Positions 18,093 through 27,647 of a stretch of DNA of 64,000 nt are shown here, in pieces. This DNA comes from an uncultured virus (IMG/VR IMGVR_UViG_3300010224_000009) (lineage: Duplodnaviria > Heunggongvirae > Uroviricota > Caudoviricetes). The DNA lies in the IMG/VR virus record IMGVR_UViG_3300010224_000009; one strand, 5' to 3'. Within the stretch, counting starts at the first letter, position 1. Each line of letters starts with the position of its first letter. The notes beneath the pieces are model-generated. The model did no database searches. It saw nothing but the letters and a program-made list of their open reading frames with translations, and was not told where the DNA came from. The translations under genes were made by a program, and so were the position numbers.

Positions 18093-18449
18093 ATGCTGGA
18101 AAATCTGTCGCCTGCTGCCATCGAGACGATCTCTCAGATCGTGCTCGGTGTGATTGTCCTGCTGGCGTCACTGCTTGGCATTCGCATCGGTGTAAACCGA
18201 GGCAAGAAGTCAGAAGACGAGCCAGAAGCTCTGCACGAAATCAAAGGCGCAATTATCTCTGACCGCAAGGCCGGAGAGATATTGAATGCGATGGAAGAGG
18301 TCAAGGACAGCAACCACGAACTCACCAAAGCAATTCATGAGCTCTGTTCTACAATCGTCTCCTTGCGCGAAGCCGTGAGAGATGCTAAGCAAGAGTTCAG
18401 GGACGGACTGCGAGAGTTCCGGTACGACCTGAGGGAAATCAAGCGATAG
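18093..18449 (+). CDS. single-TM plus coiled-coil protein, holin/antiholin candidate
   Basis: N-terminal TM, then a charged coiled coil. Confidence 0.55.
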   Translation: MLENLSPAAIETISQIVLGVIVLLASLLGIRIGVNRGKKSEDEPEALHEIKGAIISDRKAGEILNAMEEVKDSNHELTKAIHELCSTIVSLREAVRDAKQEFRDGLREFRYDLREIKR

Positions 18450-18460
18450 GATCGGCACCT

Positions 18461-18682
18461 ATGCAAGAAGAGAAGTACGACGNNNNNNNNNNGCGCACGG
18501 CGCAAGCTATTGCGGAAGCAGATACAAAGATTGGTCGCGCCCTTGGCATACGACCCGAAGCAGACCTGAACCGAAAGCAGCTTCGCCAGCAGCGCGCGAA
18601 AATGCGCCCGTTCAAACGCAAGCTGGAAAAGCTCAAGCAGGAACAGGCTCGTATTCAGGCGAAGATCGATGCCGCTACGTGA
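18461..18682 (+). CDS. basic coiled-coil protein (spans N gap; start uncertain)
   Basis: ORF track; Ns at 18483-18492. Confidence 0.45.
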   Translation: MQEEKYDXXXXRTAQAIAEADTKIGRALGIRPEADLNRKQLRQQRAKMRPFKRKLEKLKQEQARIQAKIDAAT

Positions 18683-18932
18683 AACCACCTGCATGCAGGT
18701 TTGGCGCATCCGACGCGCTCGTTGGTGGAAGCGTCTTCAGAACAATCTCCATCAAGCTGTTGATGGGATTTACCGAGCATTCCTGACAGGGTATGAACTA
18801 CCGCACAACTCTAAGTGGATTTGGTTCGCCAATATCTTTTGGGTTGATTGCCCCATTTGTTTCTTTTACCGTGGGGCCTCGTTCGGCTTCCTGCTCGGCG
18901 TTATTGTCACAGCGCTACTTTTCTTGATTTAA
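18669..18932 (+). CDS. membrane protein with CPIC (CxxC) motif
   Basis: WVDCPICFFYRG followed by a C-terminal TM helix. Confidence 0.6.
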   Translation: MPLRETTCMQVWRIRRARWWKRLQNNLHQAVDGIYRAFLTGYELPHNSKWIWFANIFWVDCPICFFYRGASFGFLLGVIVTALLFLI

Positions 18933-18942
18933 GGAGACCGAA

Positions 18943-19110
18943 ATGGCATGCTCTTCCTGCGGCAAACCCCGCATCCAAATGACGGCCACCAGCGCACCCC
19001 GTTCGTCCGCATCGACGAGCACTGTTCGCGTGGTCGATAGCCAGTCCGTCGCCAAGGTGCAGACGGCTGTTACCAGCAATCCCAACAGCGCGAAGCGGAC
19101 CAAGGTCTAA
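18943..19110 (+). CDS. 55-aa protein with N-terminal CxxC (MACSSCGK...)
   Basis: Read manually; strong TAAGGAG RBS; abuts terL. Confidence 0.75.
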   Translation: MACSSCGKPRIQMTATSAPRSSASTSTVRVVDSQSVAKVQTAVTSNPNSAKRTKV

Positions 19111-19113
19111 TTC

Positions 19114-20316
19114 ATGCCTGCGGTTCAAAACGTCCAAATCGGAGAGGCGTTCGGGCCGCTGTTTCAGCCTTATCGATATAAGGCTCTCTTTGGCGGTCGA
19201 GGCAACGGTAAATCTATCGGTATCTCGACCGCACTGGCCATGATCGCGCACGGCTCCAAGAAGCGTATTGTGTGCGGTCGTCAGTTCCAGAACTCGATCC
19301 GGGATAGCTCCAAGTCCACGATCGAAAACCGCATTGAAGCCTTGGGGCTCCAGCGCGAGTTCAACGTTACGCACAACGAGATCGTCCATCGGCGCAACGG
19401 CAGTCGCTTCACCTTCGTCGGTTTGGAGCGCAATAAGGACAGTATCAAGTCGCTCGACGACGTAGATATTTTCTGGATTGAAGAAGCCAGAAACATGTCT
19501 AACGAGAGCTTGGAAATCCTTATCCCGACCATTCGTAAGCCGGGGTCTGAAATCTGGGCCTCCTGGAACCCGGTGTTCCCTGACGATCCAATTGATGCCT
19601 TCTTCCGTGGCTCCCATCCGCCACGCAACGCCTACATTCGCAAAGTCAACATCAGCGACAATCCTTGGTTCTACGCTTCGCCGATGGCGCTCGAAATGGA
19701 GCGCATGAAGCAGGCCAACTATCAGAGATATAAGCATGTTTGGCTTGGTGAATACGACGAGCTTGATGATAGCCGCATCTTCACGAATTGGTCCGTGGGC
19801 AGAATGCCGATTAGCGACCGCGATCGTCCTTATTTCGGTCTCGACTTTGGTTTTAGCGGCGACCCGTCGGCGCTGATGAAGCTTTACGTCTTCGAGAAGT
19901 TGAAGACGATTTATATCTCTCAGGAAATGTACGGGCGCTTTACGCTGACTGAATTGCCTGAGATGATGAATACAGTTGACGAGGTCCGCAAGTACCCGAT
20001 CGTTGCGGACAACTCCCGCCCGGAAGACATTCATTTCTTGCGCACAAAGGGCTTCAACTGTGTTGCATCTAAAAAGGGTGCTGGTAGTATCAGAACCGGT
20101 ATTAACTGGCTTCTCGGCTACAAGATAGTTATTGCGCCCGAATGCGTCAACATGCAGAATGAGGCGCGGCTGTATAGCTGGCAGACAGACAAGCTGACGG
20201 GCAAGGTTCTGCCGGTAACATGTGATGCTGACAACCATGGTTGGGATGCCGTTCGCTACGCGACGGAAGAATGCCGTTCAAAGGTGAAGACCGTCGTGAA
20301 AAGGTTCAAGTTCTAA
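19114..20316 (+). CDS. terL: terminase large subunit (PBSX-type)
   Basis: GGRGNGKS Walker A, WIEEA Walker B, GLDFGF and DNHGWDAVRY nuclease motifs. Confidence 0.97.
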   Translation: MPAVQNVQIGEAFGPLFQPYRYKALFGGRGNGKSIGISTALAMIAHGSKKRIVCGRQFQNSIRDSSKSTIENRIEALGLQREFNVTHNEIVHRRNGSRFTFVGLERNKDSIKSLDDVDIFWIEEARNMSNESLEILIPTIRKPGSEIWASWNPVFPDDPIDAFFRGSHPPRNAYIRKVNISDNPWFYASPMALEMERMKQANYQRYKHVWLGEYDELDDSRIFTNWSVGRMPISDRDRPYFGLDFGFSGDPSALMKLYVFEKLKTIYISQEMYGRFTLTELPEMMNTVDEVRKYPIVADNSRPEDIHFLRTKGFNCVASKKGAGSIRTGINWLLGYKIVIAPECVNMQNEARLYSWQTDKLTGKVLPVTCDADNHGWDAVRYATEECRSKVKTVVKRFKF

Positions 20317-21662
20317 TGGCATTCTCGATCCTTAACATGTTTCGGCAGAAGGCGCGTCCGGTCCGCAATCTATTGGATGACCCGTCGCGTTACTCGGTGC
20401 AGGTATTCGCCAACAGCGCTCGTCATGGCGTGACGTACCAGAACATCATTGCTGCTGAGCAGGCAATGCGACACCCTGTTGTATTTCGGTGTTTGCATAA
20501 GATCGCGCTCGCGGTGCAGGACGTTCCGTGGTATATCATGCAGGACCCCAACTCCACTGAGAAGTTGGATAAGAAGAAAGCGAAGGAAATCCAGGACGTT
20601 CTGGATCATCCAAATGAAACGATGTCGGCGTCGCAGTTGCGGTACTGGCTTGGGATCAACAAGGCCGTCTATGGGCGCTTTGCGCTCAAGATCGGCGCAT
20701 TGACGACAGGAGGACCCAATGGGCTTTACCCCTTATCCCAAGGACAATTCAAAACCAAGTTCAAGCGAAACGGAACTATCGACAAATACGTCTATGGCCC
20801 CAACGGTGAAGAAACGCTACAAACGCGCCGTCAGGTCGACCCAAAATTCGATGGAGCTTTCACAAAGCCCTTCGCCTACGAATACATCACGCCCAACATC
20901 GAAGGAGTGATGGACCCGCTGGCCATGGTGGCGGCGAAGAACAACACGCCGCTCAACGCGATCAGGACGCCTGCCGATGTTGTGCAGCTTCTGCTTGAGC
21001 GCGCCCACGATACCGCCTCCGGCCAGCCAAATGTGAAATACATCATCTCCGGCGAGAAGACGCTTTCCGCCGACGAAGAAGATGAGATCATGGACGAGAT
21101 CGAAGACCGCAAGGTTGGGGCCGAGGAAAGCGGTAATATCCTGTTCTTGGCCAATACTTCGATCAAGGTTGACACGCTCAAGAATGGCATGGAAGACATT
21201 CATACCAAGATACCCATGGATGACATGTCGCGCATGATCTACAGCAACATGGGCATTCCGGTCGCGTTGGCAGGTATCGGCTCCTCCGACGCAGCGAAAT
21301 TCGCTGGTAACTACGAAAGCTCCCGTCGCTCGTTCTTCGAGGACACCATTATTCCGAACTACTTGGGGCCAATCGCCGACGGTATCACCGAAGCAATCTG
21401 CCCTCCCGGCGGAAAAATCTTCTTTGATCTGGATGCTATTCCAGGACTTGCAGACGCTCGGGCAAATAAAGCGAAAACCTTGCAGGGCGTCATGTTTTTG
21501 ACAGACGCAGAAAAGCGAATACTGTGTGGCTTCCCTGCATCACCGGAGAGATACGCCGATGCCAACCTCCCTTCGTCTCAAGAAGGCACAAATTCAAGCC
21601 AAGAAGCTGGATCTGAAGATAACGCCAGCGTCCGACGCAGAGTTAAAAGCACTCGGCGATGA
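20316..21662 (+). CDS. portal protein
   Basis: Follows terL; HPVVFRCL..IA, LDHPN..MS, LT.AEKR...GFP, HK97-like features. Confidence 0.9.
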   Translation: MAFSILNMFRQKARPVRNLLDDPSRYSVQVFANSARHGVTYQNIIAAEQAMRHPVVFRCLHKIALAVQDVPWYIMQDPNSTEKLDKKKAKEIQDVLDHPNETMSASQLRYWLGINKAVYGRFALKIGALTTGGPNGLYPLSQGQFKTKFKRNGTIDKYVYGPNGEETLQTRRQVDPKFDGAFTKPFAYEYITPNIEGVMDPLAMVAAKNNTPLNAIRTPADVVQLLLERAHDTASGQPNVKYIISGEKTLSADEEDEIMDEIEDRKVGAEESGNILFLANTSIKVDTLKNGMEDIHTKIPMDDMSRMIYSNMGIPVALAGIGSSDAAKFAGNYESSRRSFFEDTIIPNYLGPIADGITEAICPPGGKIFFDLDAIPGLADARANKAKTLQGVMFLTDAEKRILCGFPASPERYADANLPSSQEGTNSSQEAGSEDNASVRRRVKSTRR

Positions 21663-22422
21663 TATCCCGGAAGGCTATATCGCAGGTTGGGCCTCGACGC
21701 CTGACCTCGATAGCTACCGCGATGTAGTCGTCCCCGGCGCTTTCGACAAGTCGATCGCAGAGCGCGGCCTTACGGGACCGAAGGGCGTTAAGCTCCTCCT
21801 GAACCATGATTGGTCTCAGGTTGCTGGCGTGATCAAGGTTCTGGAGACCCGCAACGGGCGGCTCTGGATCGAGGCGCAACTCAACCTGAACATCAGCTAT
21901 GCCAAGGACGCTCACGAGGCGATTAAGGCTGCTGGCGGGCTGAGCTTCTCGGTCGGTTTCTTCTTGCAGGATTACAACATTCGGCAAGATGCTAACGGTC
22001 GTGATTATTTTGAGCTTGTCAGGGGCGACCTCTTTGAGGTATCGGTAGTTCCATTCCCGGCGAATGAAGAAGCCACGATGGAGTTCTTCAAGTCGGCAGA
22101 AATCGTGCTCACTGAAATGGGCGTCGAGGTTCTGGACGACGACGAAGGGCCAGCCTCTCTGGCGGATTTCGAGAAGATGCTCGTGTCCAACGGATTGGCA
22201 AAGTCGAGGAACGATGCACGGTTGATCACTCTTGAAGTGAAAAATAGCGTGCATCTCTTCATGGCGAAGACCAAGGAACCGGCTTCCACGGTCGAGCCAG
22301 ATCAGACGCAGGAACAGCAGCAAGGCACCGAAGCCCCGGTGGCGGAGAAAAGCCTGTCTTCCATTTTTGAGACGACTTCTCGTTTGAAGTCTCTTTTGAC
22401 ACCCACCACCCAAGAGGGCTGA
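21559..22422 (+). CDS. HK97-family prohead protease
   Basis: GWAST..D...DVV.PGAF, LLNHD, LSFSVGF, LFEVSVVPFPANEEA. Confidence 0.93.
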   Translation: MPTSLRLKKAQIQAKKLDLKITPASDAELKALGDDIPEGYIAGWASTPDLDSYRDVVVPGAFDKSIAERGLTGPKGVKLLLNHDWSQVAGVIKVLETRNGRLWIEAQLNLNISYAKDAHEAIKAAGGLSFSVGFFLQDYNIRQDANGRDYFELVRGDLFEVSVVPFPANEEATMEFFKSAEIVLTEMGVEVLDDDEGPASLADFEKMLVSNGLAKSRNDARLITLEVKNSVHLFMAKTKEPASTVEPDQTQEQQQGTEAPVAEKSLSSIFETTSRLKSLLTPTTQEG

Positions 22423-22423
22423 G

Positions 22424-23800
22424 ATGAATACCAGAACCGCTGAAGAAAACGGTTTCGAAAAGCTGGAGACTGAACTCAAGTCTCTGGTTGACGCTGCTGA
22501 ACAGATGCAGAAGAATGCGGAGCGCCAGTACAAGGAACTGTCCACGCATTACTCCGGCGTCAAGGACGATCATGCTGAACTGCGCAAGCAGGTTGAACAG
22601 CATACCAAGGATTACGCTGCCATGATCGGCGGCATCCAGGAGCTCAAGGCTTCGATCGAACTCGTCAAGAAGGAGCTCGATGCTCCTGTCTATCGTTCCG
22701 AAGAAGAGCTCGCCAAGGCCGACCGCGAAGCCGCTGTCGAACTTCAGCGCCGCTCGTTCCTCGCCAAGAACGGCGCAGACGCCATGGAGGACTTCCGTCC
22801 TGACATGGAAAATCTGGTCAACATTTCCGACTACCGCAAGGCCGCGCAGAAGCTCGTCCGCTACGGCGGCTTGAAGTCCAAGCGCGAAGTCATCTCCATG
22901 TTCGATGACGCCGAGCGGAAGGCTTTCGACGCTGCCAGCCTCGACACCGCTTTCTTCTCGCCGGAAATTCTCGGCATGCAGGACTGCAACATTGAATGCG
23001 CCAGCCTCCTGGACCTCTACGGTCAGGTCACGGTCGGCCGTTCCAAGTTCATGTACCCGCAGGTCGTTGACTACGGCGAAATCGGTTCCTATCAGTGCGA
23101 CGTCGACTGCGACGCCCCGCTCGGTCGCGAAGGCAATATCCAGTTCCTGCACGGCAAGACATACGATTTCCGTGGTGTATTCTGCTTCCTCAAGAAGGTC
23201 CTGGAAGAAGCCAACTTCGACTTCCTGTCGTTCATGATCCAGGCCGCTCAGCGCTCCTACCGCCTGAACCGCAACCGCGCGCTGATGGTCGGCGACGGCG
23301 TCAACGAGCCGCAGGGCTGGCTGACCGCTGATTGCTTCACCGACGTTCGCACCCCGGCTGGCCAGTTCGATCATGTTTACTGGCGTCGCTTCCTGACCTC
23401 GGCTCCGGTCGAGTACGGCTCAATCGTTCCGATCATGCACCAGAACATGTTCGCATATCTGGCTGCTGCTGTCGACAACTCCGGCCGCTTCATTTTCGGT
23501 GATGGTCAGATGACCTATTCGCCGGAAGCTGCTGGCGAACGCATCCGCATCTCGAACTGCCTGCCGGACGCAACCGAAGACAACACCAAGGGCGGTCTCG
23601 ATAATCCGTTCGTCGCCGGCGATTTCATCGCTGCTGCTGCGAATTGGGAGACGGCCTTCAAGGCTGTCAACCGCAAGCCCATGTCGATGGAACAGTACAT
23701 CGGCGGCTCGACCAAGTGGTGCGTCAAGTACCAGTTTGGGGCCGAGGACGGTTCGTTCGTCGGTTGCTGCCCTGCTGGCCGCATCCTCCGGGTTGGCTAA
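22424..23800 (+). CDS. major capsid protein (HK97 fold, Cys-rich)
   Basis: N-terminal coiled-coil delta domain; GDGVNEPQGWL; synteny. Confidence 0.92.
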   Translation: MNTRTAEENGFEKLETELKSLVDAAEQMQKNAERQYKELSTHYSGVKDDHAELRKQVEQHTKDYAAMIGGIQELKASIELVKKELDAPVYRSEEELAKADREAAVELQRRSFLAKNGADAMEDFRPDMENLVNISDYRKAAQKLVRYGGLKSKREVISMFDDAERKAFDAASLDTAFFSPEILGMQDCNIECASLLDLYGQVTVGRSKFMYPQVVDYGEIGSYQCDVDCDAPLGREGNIQFLHGKTYDFRGVFCFLKKVLEEANFDFLSFMIQAAQRSYRLNRNRALMVGDGVNEPQGWLTADCFTDVRTPAGQFDHVYWRRFLTSAPVEYGSIVPIMHQNMFAYLAAAVDNSGRFIFGDGQMTYSPEAAGERIRISNCLPDATEDNTKGGLDNPFVAGDFIAAAANWETAFKAVNRKPMSMEQYIGGSTKWCVKYQFGAEDGSFVGCCPAGRILRVG

Positions 23801-23861
23801 TCGGTGAGGGCTACGGCCCTCACTTCCCGTTCCGCCTTTTCTTCCACAGGGATCACACGAC

Positions 23862-24266
23862 ATGATCAATAATCCCGGAGTACAGACCAAGGGTCTTATC
23901 GCTTGGGACGGTGCTGCTTCCTACCCGAAGCGCATCGTTGACTTCATCGACTTCGGTTTCGTTTTCGAGACCCAAGCCGCACTCGTAGCCGACGCTCAGT
24001 TCGCAGTGCAGTTCCACGACGCCGACACGGCTGACGAATGCACCCCGGAAGCTGGTGTTGATGCTCCTGCCAATGCCGTCTGCGCTGGCCCTGCCTTCGC
24101 TGCCGGTCCGGCAATCATCACCATCCCGGCCGGAACCGCTGCTGGCACGATCTGCTCCGCTACCGTTCCTTGCCGCATTGGCAAGTTCATTAGCCTCCGC
24201 CATATCAGCGGCGGCGCGAACGTGAACGCGGTCCTTCTGCTTCAAGGCCCCAAGCGGGTCCAGTAA
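23862..24266 (+). CDS. minor capsid / decoration protein
   Basis: Directly after the capsid gene; 134 aa, 4 Cys. Confidence 0.65.
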   Translation: MINNPGVQTKGLIAWDGAASYPKRIVDFIDFGFVFETQAALVADAQFAVQFHDADTADECTPEAGVDAPANAVCAGPAFAAGPAIITIPAGTAAGTICSATVPCRIGKFISLRHISGGANVNAVLLLQGPKRVQ

Positions 24267-24268
24267 GC

Positions 24269-24697
24269 ATGCGGCGGGTTCTCGCCGAGACAAACGTGGT
24301 GCGGGCCGGTGATCTGGTCCGCATCTCTCTTAGACTACCAAAGTCTGAACACTTGGGGCGCATCACAATCTGGTCTCGGCAAAATGACGATGATTTCAGC
24401 CCCTACATTGACGAAAGGCAGATCGAGGCAGCGACAAGCTCCGATAAGCCAATAATGCTCAAGCCTATGGAATTTCGTCTCACAGAAAGACGTCGGCACG
24501 TATCTTCTGAGTTCTATTCTGAGACGACGCAGCAGTTCCGAATNNNNNNNNNNCAAGAAATAGACAGCCATTCGGACCCCAAAGTCAAAGCGAGGATCAG
24601 AAGATATGGAAAAACTTCAACGGCGTTCAGACGGAGTTGCCGAAACGCTTTCCGGACAATTCGCGATTTTGCCCACGCGCATTTCTGGCAAGGATGA
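24269..24697 (+). CDS. hypothetical protein (spans N gap; end uncertain)
   Basis: ORF track; Ns at 24544-24553. Confidence 0.45.
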   Translation: MRRVLAETNVVRAGDLVRISLRLPKSEHLGRITIWSRQNDDDFSPYIDERQIEAATSSDKPIMLKPMEFRLTERRRHVSSEFYSETTQQFRXXXXQEIDSHSDPKVKARIRRYGKTSTAFRRSCRNAFRTIRDFAHAHFWQG

Positions 24698-25247
24698 CCA
24701 GTTCAACTGGTTTGACTTCCGCCGGACTGCTGTAGCTCCGGTCACGCGGGTCCGCTGGCTCCGCAACGAGAAGATCGCTGTTATCGACGCCAACACCGCC
24801 GTCTTCATGCTGAACGCTGGCTATGCCAAGCAGATCACCGATGAGCAGTTGGTGGAGTGGAACGACAACATCGACGAGCTCGATCTTGACGCTCCAGACC
24901 CGGCACCGGTCGCCGTCATTCCGGACAGCGAACCAGAGTTCATGCGCGGCAACATAGACGCCGCTCAGTTGCCCTCTGGCACGCAAACACCCGGCACCGC
25001 TGCCAACGTAGCGGCCAAGGCACAAACCGCGCCAGAGGCCCAGGATTTGGCAAACAGCGGCACTCCAGCGCCGGAGGGTAGCACCCCGGCAACCGAGGGC
25101 GGCGAGGGCGGCTCCGAACAGGCTCCGGAAGGCGATGAGCCGCCGGAAGAACAGCAGCAGACCGACGATCCGTCGGAAGGCGGCGAACAGAGCTCTGAGG
25201 GCGAAAAGCCCGCAGGGAAGAAGAAGGCATCGAAAGGATTGCTCTAA
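24606..25247 (+). CDS. hypothetical protein with acidic low-complexity C-terminus
   Basis: 213-aa ORF in the head operon. Confidence 0.7.
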   Translation: MEKLQRRSDGVAETLSGQFAILPTRISGKDDQFNWFDFRRTAVAPVTRVRWLRNEKIAVIDANTAVFMLNAGYAKQITDEQLVEWNDNIDELDLDAPDPAPVAVIPDSEPEFMRGNIDAAQLPSGTQTPGTAANVAAKAQTAPEAQDLANSGTPAPEGSTPATEGGEGGSEQAPEGDEPPEEQQQTDDPSEGGEQSSEGEKPAGKKKASKGLL

Positions 25248-25342
25248 TGCCCAAGCTCCAGTGCTATCGGCCCTGCGCACCGCGCACGTCGATCACTCTC
25301 TCGGTCATGCCGTGCTTCGTTTGCACCCGGCCAGCCGATTAA
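25247..25342 (+). CDS. 31-aa four-Cys peptide, probable capsid cross-linking protein
   Basis: MPKLQCYRPCAPRTSITLSVMPCFVCTRPAD; TAATG coupling; resembles the Milano linking protein as I recall it. Confidence 0.7.
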   Translation: MPKLQCYRPCAPRTSITLSVMPCFVCTRPAD

Positions 25343-25349
25343 AATAACT

Positions 25350-25382
25350 GAGAAGGCGGCAGAAACCCTGTCGCCTTTTCTC
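25350..25382 (+). terminator. hairpin terminator
   Basis: gaaggcggcag-aaacc-ctgtcgcctttt. Confidence 0.65.
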
Positions 25383-25405
25383 CAATTCAAGTTCTGGGGC
25401 TAGAG

Positions 25406-26122
25406 ATGAACGTTTTCACTGCCGATCCACGCGATGCTTTTCTCAGCAATACCGGCTGCAATACCTGCTGCTGCGCGTCGGCGGTCGCTCGCCCCGGCGA
25501 AACCAACAAGTTCATGATTAATTATGCCGCTTGGGGCCTTCCGCTTGGGGGTCGCGGCCTGACAGATCGTGTGGAATTTTCCGTAGAGCGTCGTGAACAG
25601 TCCCCGGACAGCCGCGCTCCGGTCAATCCGAACAAGTATTTCCCGGCTGTTTTCAACACGCCACTCGCCGACACCGTTGCGACCGGCGCTTCCGACCCGC
25701 TGGATGGCACGCTGACCTATAAGTTGGATCAGCTTAACGGGCCAGAGCGCGGCGAAGTGGTGCTCAATGAAGACGGCTCGTTCACCTACACCCCGACGCT
25801 CGGCTTCACAGGATATGACATTTTCTTCATTGTCACTTCCAATGAGGCTAAATCGGTAACAAGTCAGGTTATCGTTGGCGTTGCAGCGCAGGCCGCAGAG
25901 GACCCGTTGCCCGCCAAGGCATTTGAAAAGCCGCTGGCAGTGTTGCAGAAGTCGGTAGTTGTGGACAAGCAGAACTTCCTGCTTTCGTTCGCGCTCAAGG
26001 CTTCCCCGCTGGCAGTCGTCGGAGACATTTACCGTGTGACGATCAAGCAGCCCGCCATGGACTGCAACTGCATCGAATACACCCATATTTCATGCTACGA
26101 CGTCAACGTCGTAGGGTGCTAA
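25406..26122 (+). CDS. collar protein with Ig-like/cadherin-like domain
   Basis: CNTCCC N-terminus; GP..G.V.LN.DGSFTYTP..GFTG.D.F; HISCYD C-terminus. Confidence 0.75.
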   Translation: MNVFTADPRDAFLSNTGCNTCCCASAVARPGETNKFMINYAAWGLPLGGRGLTDRVEFSVERREQSPDSRAPVNPNKYFPAVFNTPLADTVATGASDPLDGTLTYKLDQLNGPERGEVVLNEDGSFTYTPTLGFTGYDIFFIVTSNEAKSVTSQVIVGVAAQAAEDPLPAKAFEKPLAVLQKSVVVDKQNFLLSFALKASPLAVVGDIYRVTIKQPAMDCNCIEYTHISCYDVNVVGC

Positions 26123-26131
26123 GGAAATACC

Positions 26132-26794
26132 ATGTCTGCGACGGGCACCCCCGAAATTGTGTCCCGGATCAGGTTCCAGCCGGAAGAAGTTCTGCCGCTG
26201 CAACTGGTCCGGGAACATACCAAGACGGACGACACCCCGACCGTCACTGACGCAGTTCTCGAGCTCTATCGCGAAGTGGCTTTCGAGCAGGCTGAACTTT
26301 ACACTGGTCGCATCATACTTGGCTCGGCCTCCGTCCAGGAGACCTTTCGCATTGATGTAACCGACGAGTACAACAAGCGCCGCCGCCCGAACCCATACCG
26401 CAAGCTTATCCTGTCGTATGCACCGATGGAAAAGTTTGTGCTCGTTGGGGGCAAGAGCCGCCAGAATATCCGCACAAGGCCAAACAGCCGCGAGCTCGAG
26501 ATCGCTCACGACCAGTTCAATCTTGACATGGGCAATTGCTGCGCTGGTAACGGCCTCAGCATAGAGCAGTTCGTGCTCTATTCCACGGGCTACAAGAGCA
26601 AGGAAGATATTCCTTCCACCATGCTCTATGGCTGCTTGAAGTTCATCGCGTGGTCGATCAATAATCCCGGCGACGAATTGCTGACCGTTCGCAACCGTCT
26701 AGGCACGACCGAAACGGGTCTTATCGGCACCAACAATGCCGCTTGGGGATCAGGCGCGATTGAGCACTGGAAGCCGTATAAGGTCAAACGATGA
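26132..26794 (+). CDS. head-tail adaptor (neck 1)
   Basis: LVREHTK.DD...D..L..Y...AFE.AE.YTGR, gp6/gp15-like. Confidence 0.8.
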   Translation: MSATGTPEIVSRIRFQPEEVLPLQLVREHTKTDDTPTVTDAVLELYREVAFEQAELYTGRIILGSASVQETFRIDVTDEYNKRRRPNPYRKLILSYAPMEKFVLVGGKSRQNIRTRPNSRELEIAHDQFNLDMGNCCAGNGLSIEQFVLYSTGYKSKEDIPSTMLYGCLKFIAWSINNPGDELLTVRNRLGTTETGLIGTNNAAWGSGAIEHWKPYKVKR

Positions 26795-27231
26795 GCCAAG
26801 CGGTCGACACACGCATCATAAAGAAGTTCCGGCACAGGGTCCAAGTGTGCCGGGGCGAAGATGTCGTGGTCAATGGCAACTTGAGCTTCGAGAAGAAGTT
26901 CGTGTACGATGGCTGGGCGATGATTGTGCCGCGCCGCGCTTCCACATTTTCCCCCAATGGCCATACGGTTTTCGAGGAGAAGGACCGGCGCACGCACTTC
27001 ATCAAAATGCGCTACAATCCGAACGTGGAAATCACCACTGCCGCTTGGATATATGAGGCGCGCTTGAAGTCGCCGCCGCGCTGGTTCAAAATCCTATTTG
27101 TCAGCGACGAGTTCGAGAACAGCCAGTTCTTCAACTTCGAGTGCAGGCTGATGGAAGCTGGCGACGACATTACCGAACCCGGCACGCAGCCCCAGACCAT
27201 TCCCGGAATACCGGCAGGTATGGTCCTCTGA
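26791..27231 (+). CDS. head closure protein (neck 2)
   Basis: FRHRVQV...THFIKMRY, gp16-like; synteny. Confidence 0.75.
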   Translation: MSQAVDTRIIKKFRHRVQVCRGEDVVVNGNLSFEKKFVYDGWAMIVPRRASTFSPNGHTVFEEKDRRTHFIKMRYNPNVEITTAAWIYEARLKSPPRWFKILFVSDEFENSQFFNFECRLMEAGDDITEPGTQPQTIPGIPAGMVL

Positions 27232-27647
27232 TGTTCAAGATCACCTTCCAGCCATGGCGCAGATTTGTTGCTTATCGAGACCGCAGGGTCACGACAACAT
27301 TCATGCGCGATGCTGCTAAGGAGTTCAATAAAGAATACCGCAAGGCCATTGCCAGCCCGCCCAAAACCGGGCGCATGTACCGGCGCAAGCACGGCCTGCA
27401 CCAAGCATCGCGTCCGCTTACTGAATACCCGGCAAATGAGACCGGCGCACTGCAAAATAGTGTTCGTTCTGACGCCACAAGTGACACGGCGACGGTTGGC
27501 ACGACAATGTTTTATGGTAAGTTTCTGCGGGAAGGCACTCGCAAAATGCAGCGCCGTAAAATGAGCGATAACATTGTGCGCGACAATACTCCGCGCATCC
27601 TAGCGCGTCTGAGAGGTTGGGTTGTCTGGAAGCGAAGACCGTCTTAA
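27231..27647 (+). CDS. tail completion protein (HK97 gp10-like)
   Basis: HQAS.P.EYPANETGALQNS...YGKFL.EGTRKM..R. Confidence 0.7.
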   Translation: MFKITFQPWRRFVAYRDRRVTTTFMRDAAKEFNKEYRKAIASPPKTGRMYRRKHGLHQASRPLTEYPANETGALQNSVRSDATSDTATVGTTMFYGKFLREGTRKMQRRKMSDNIVRDNTPRILARLRGWVVWKRRPS

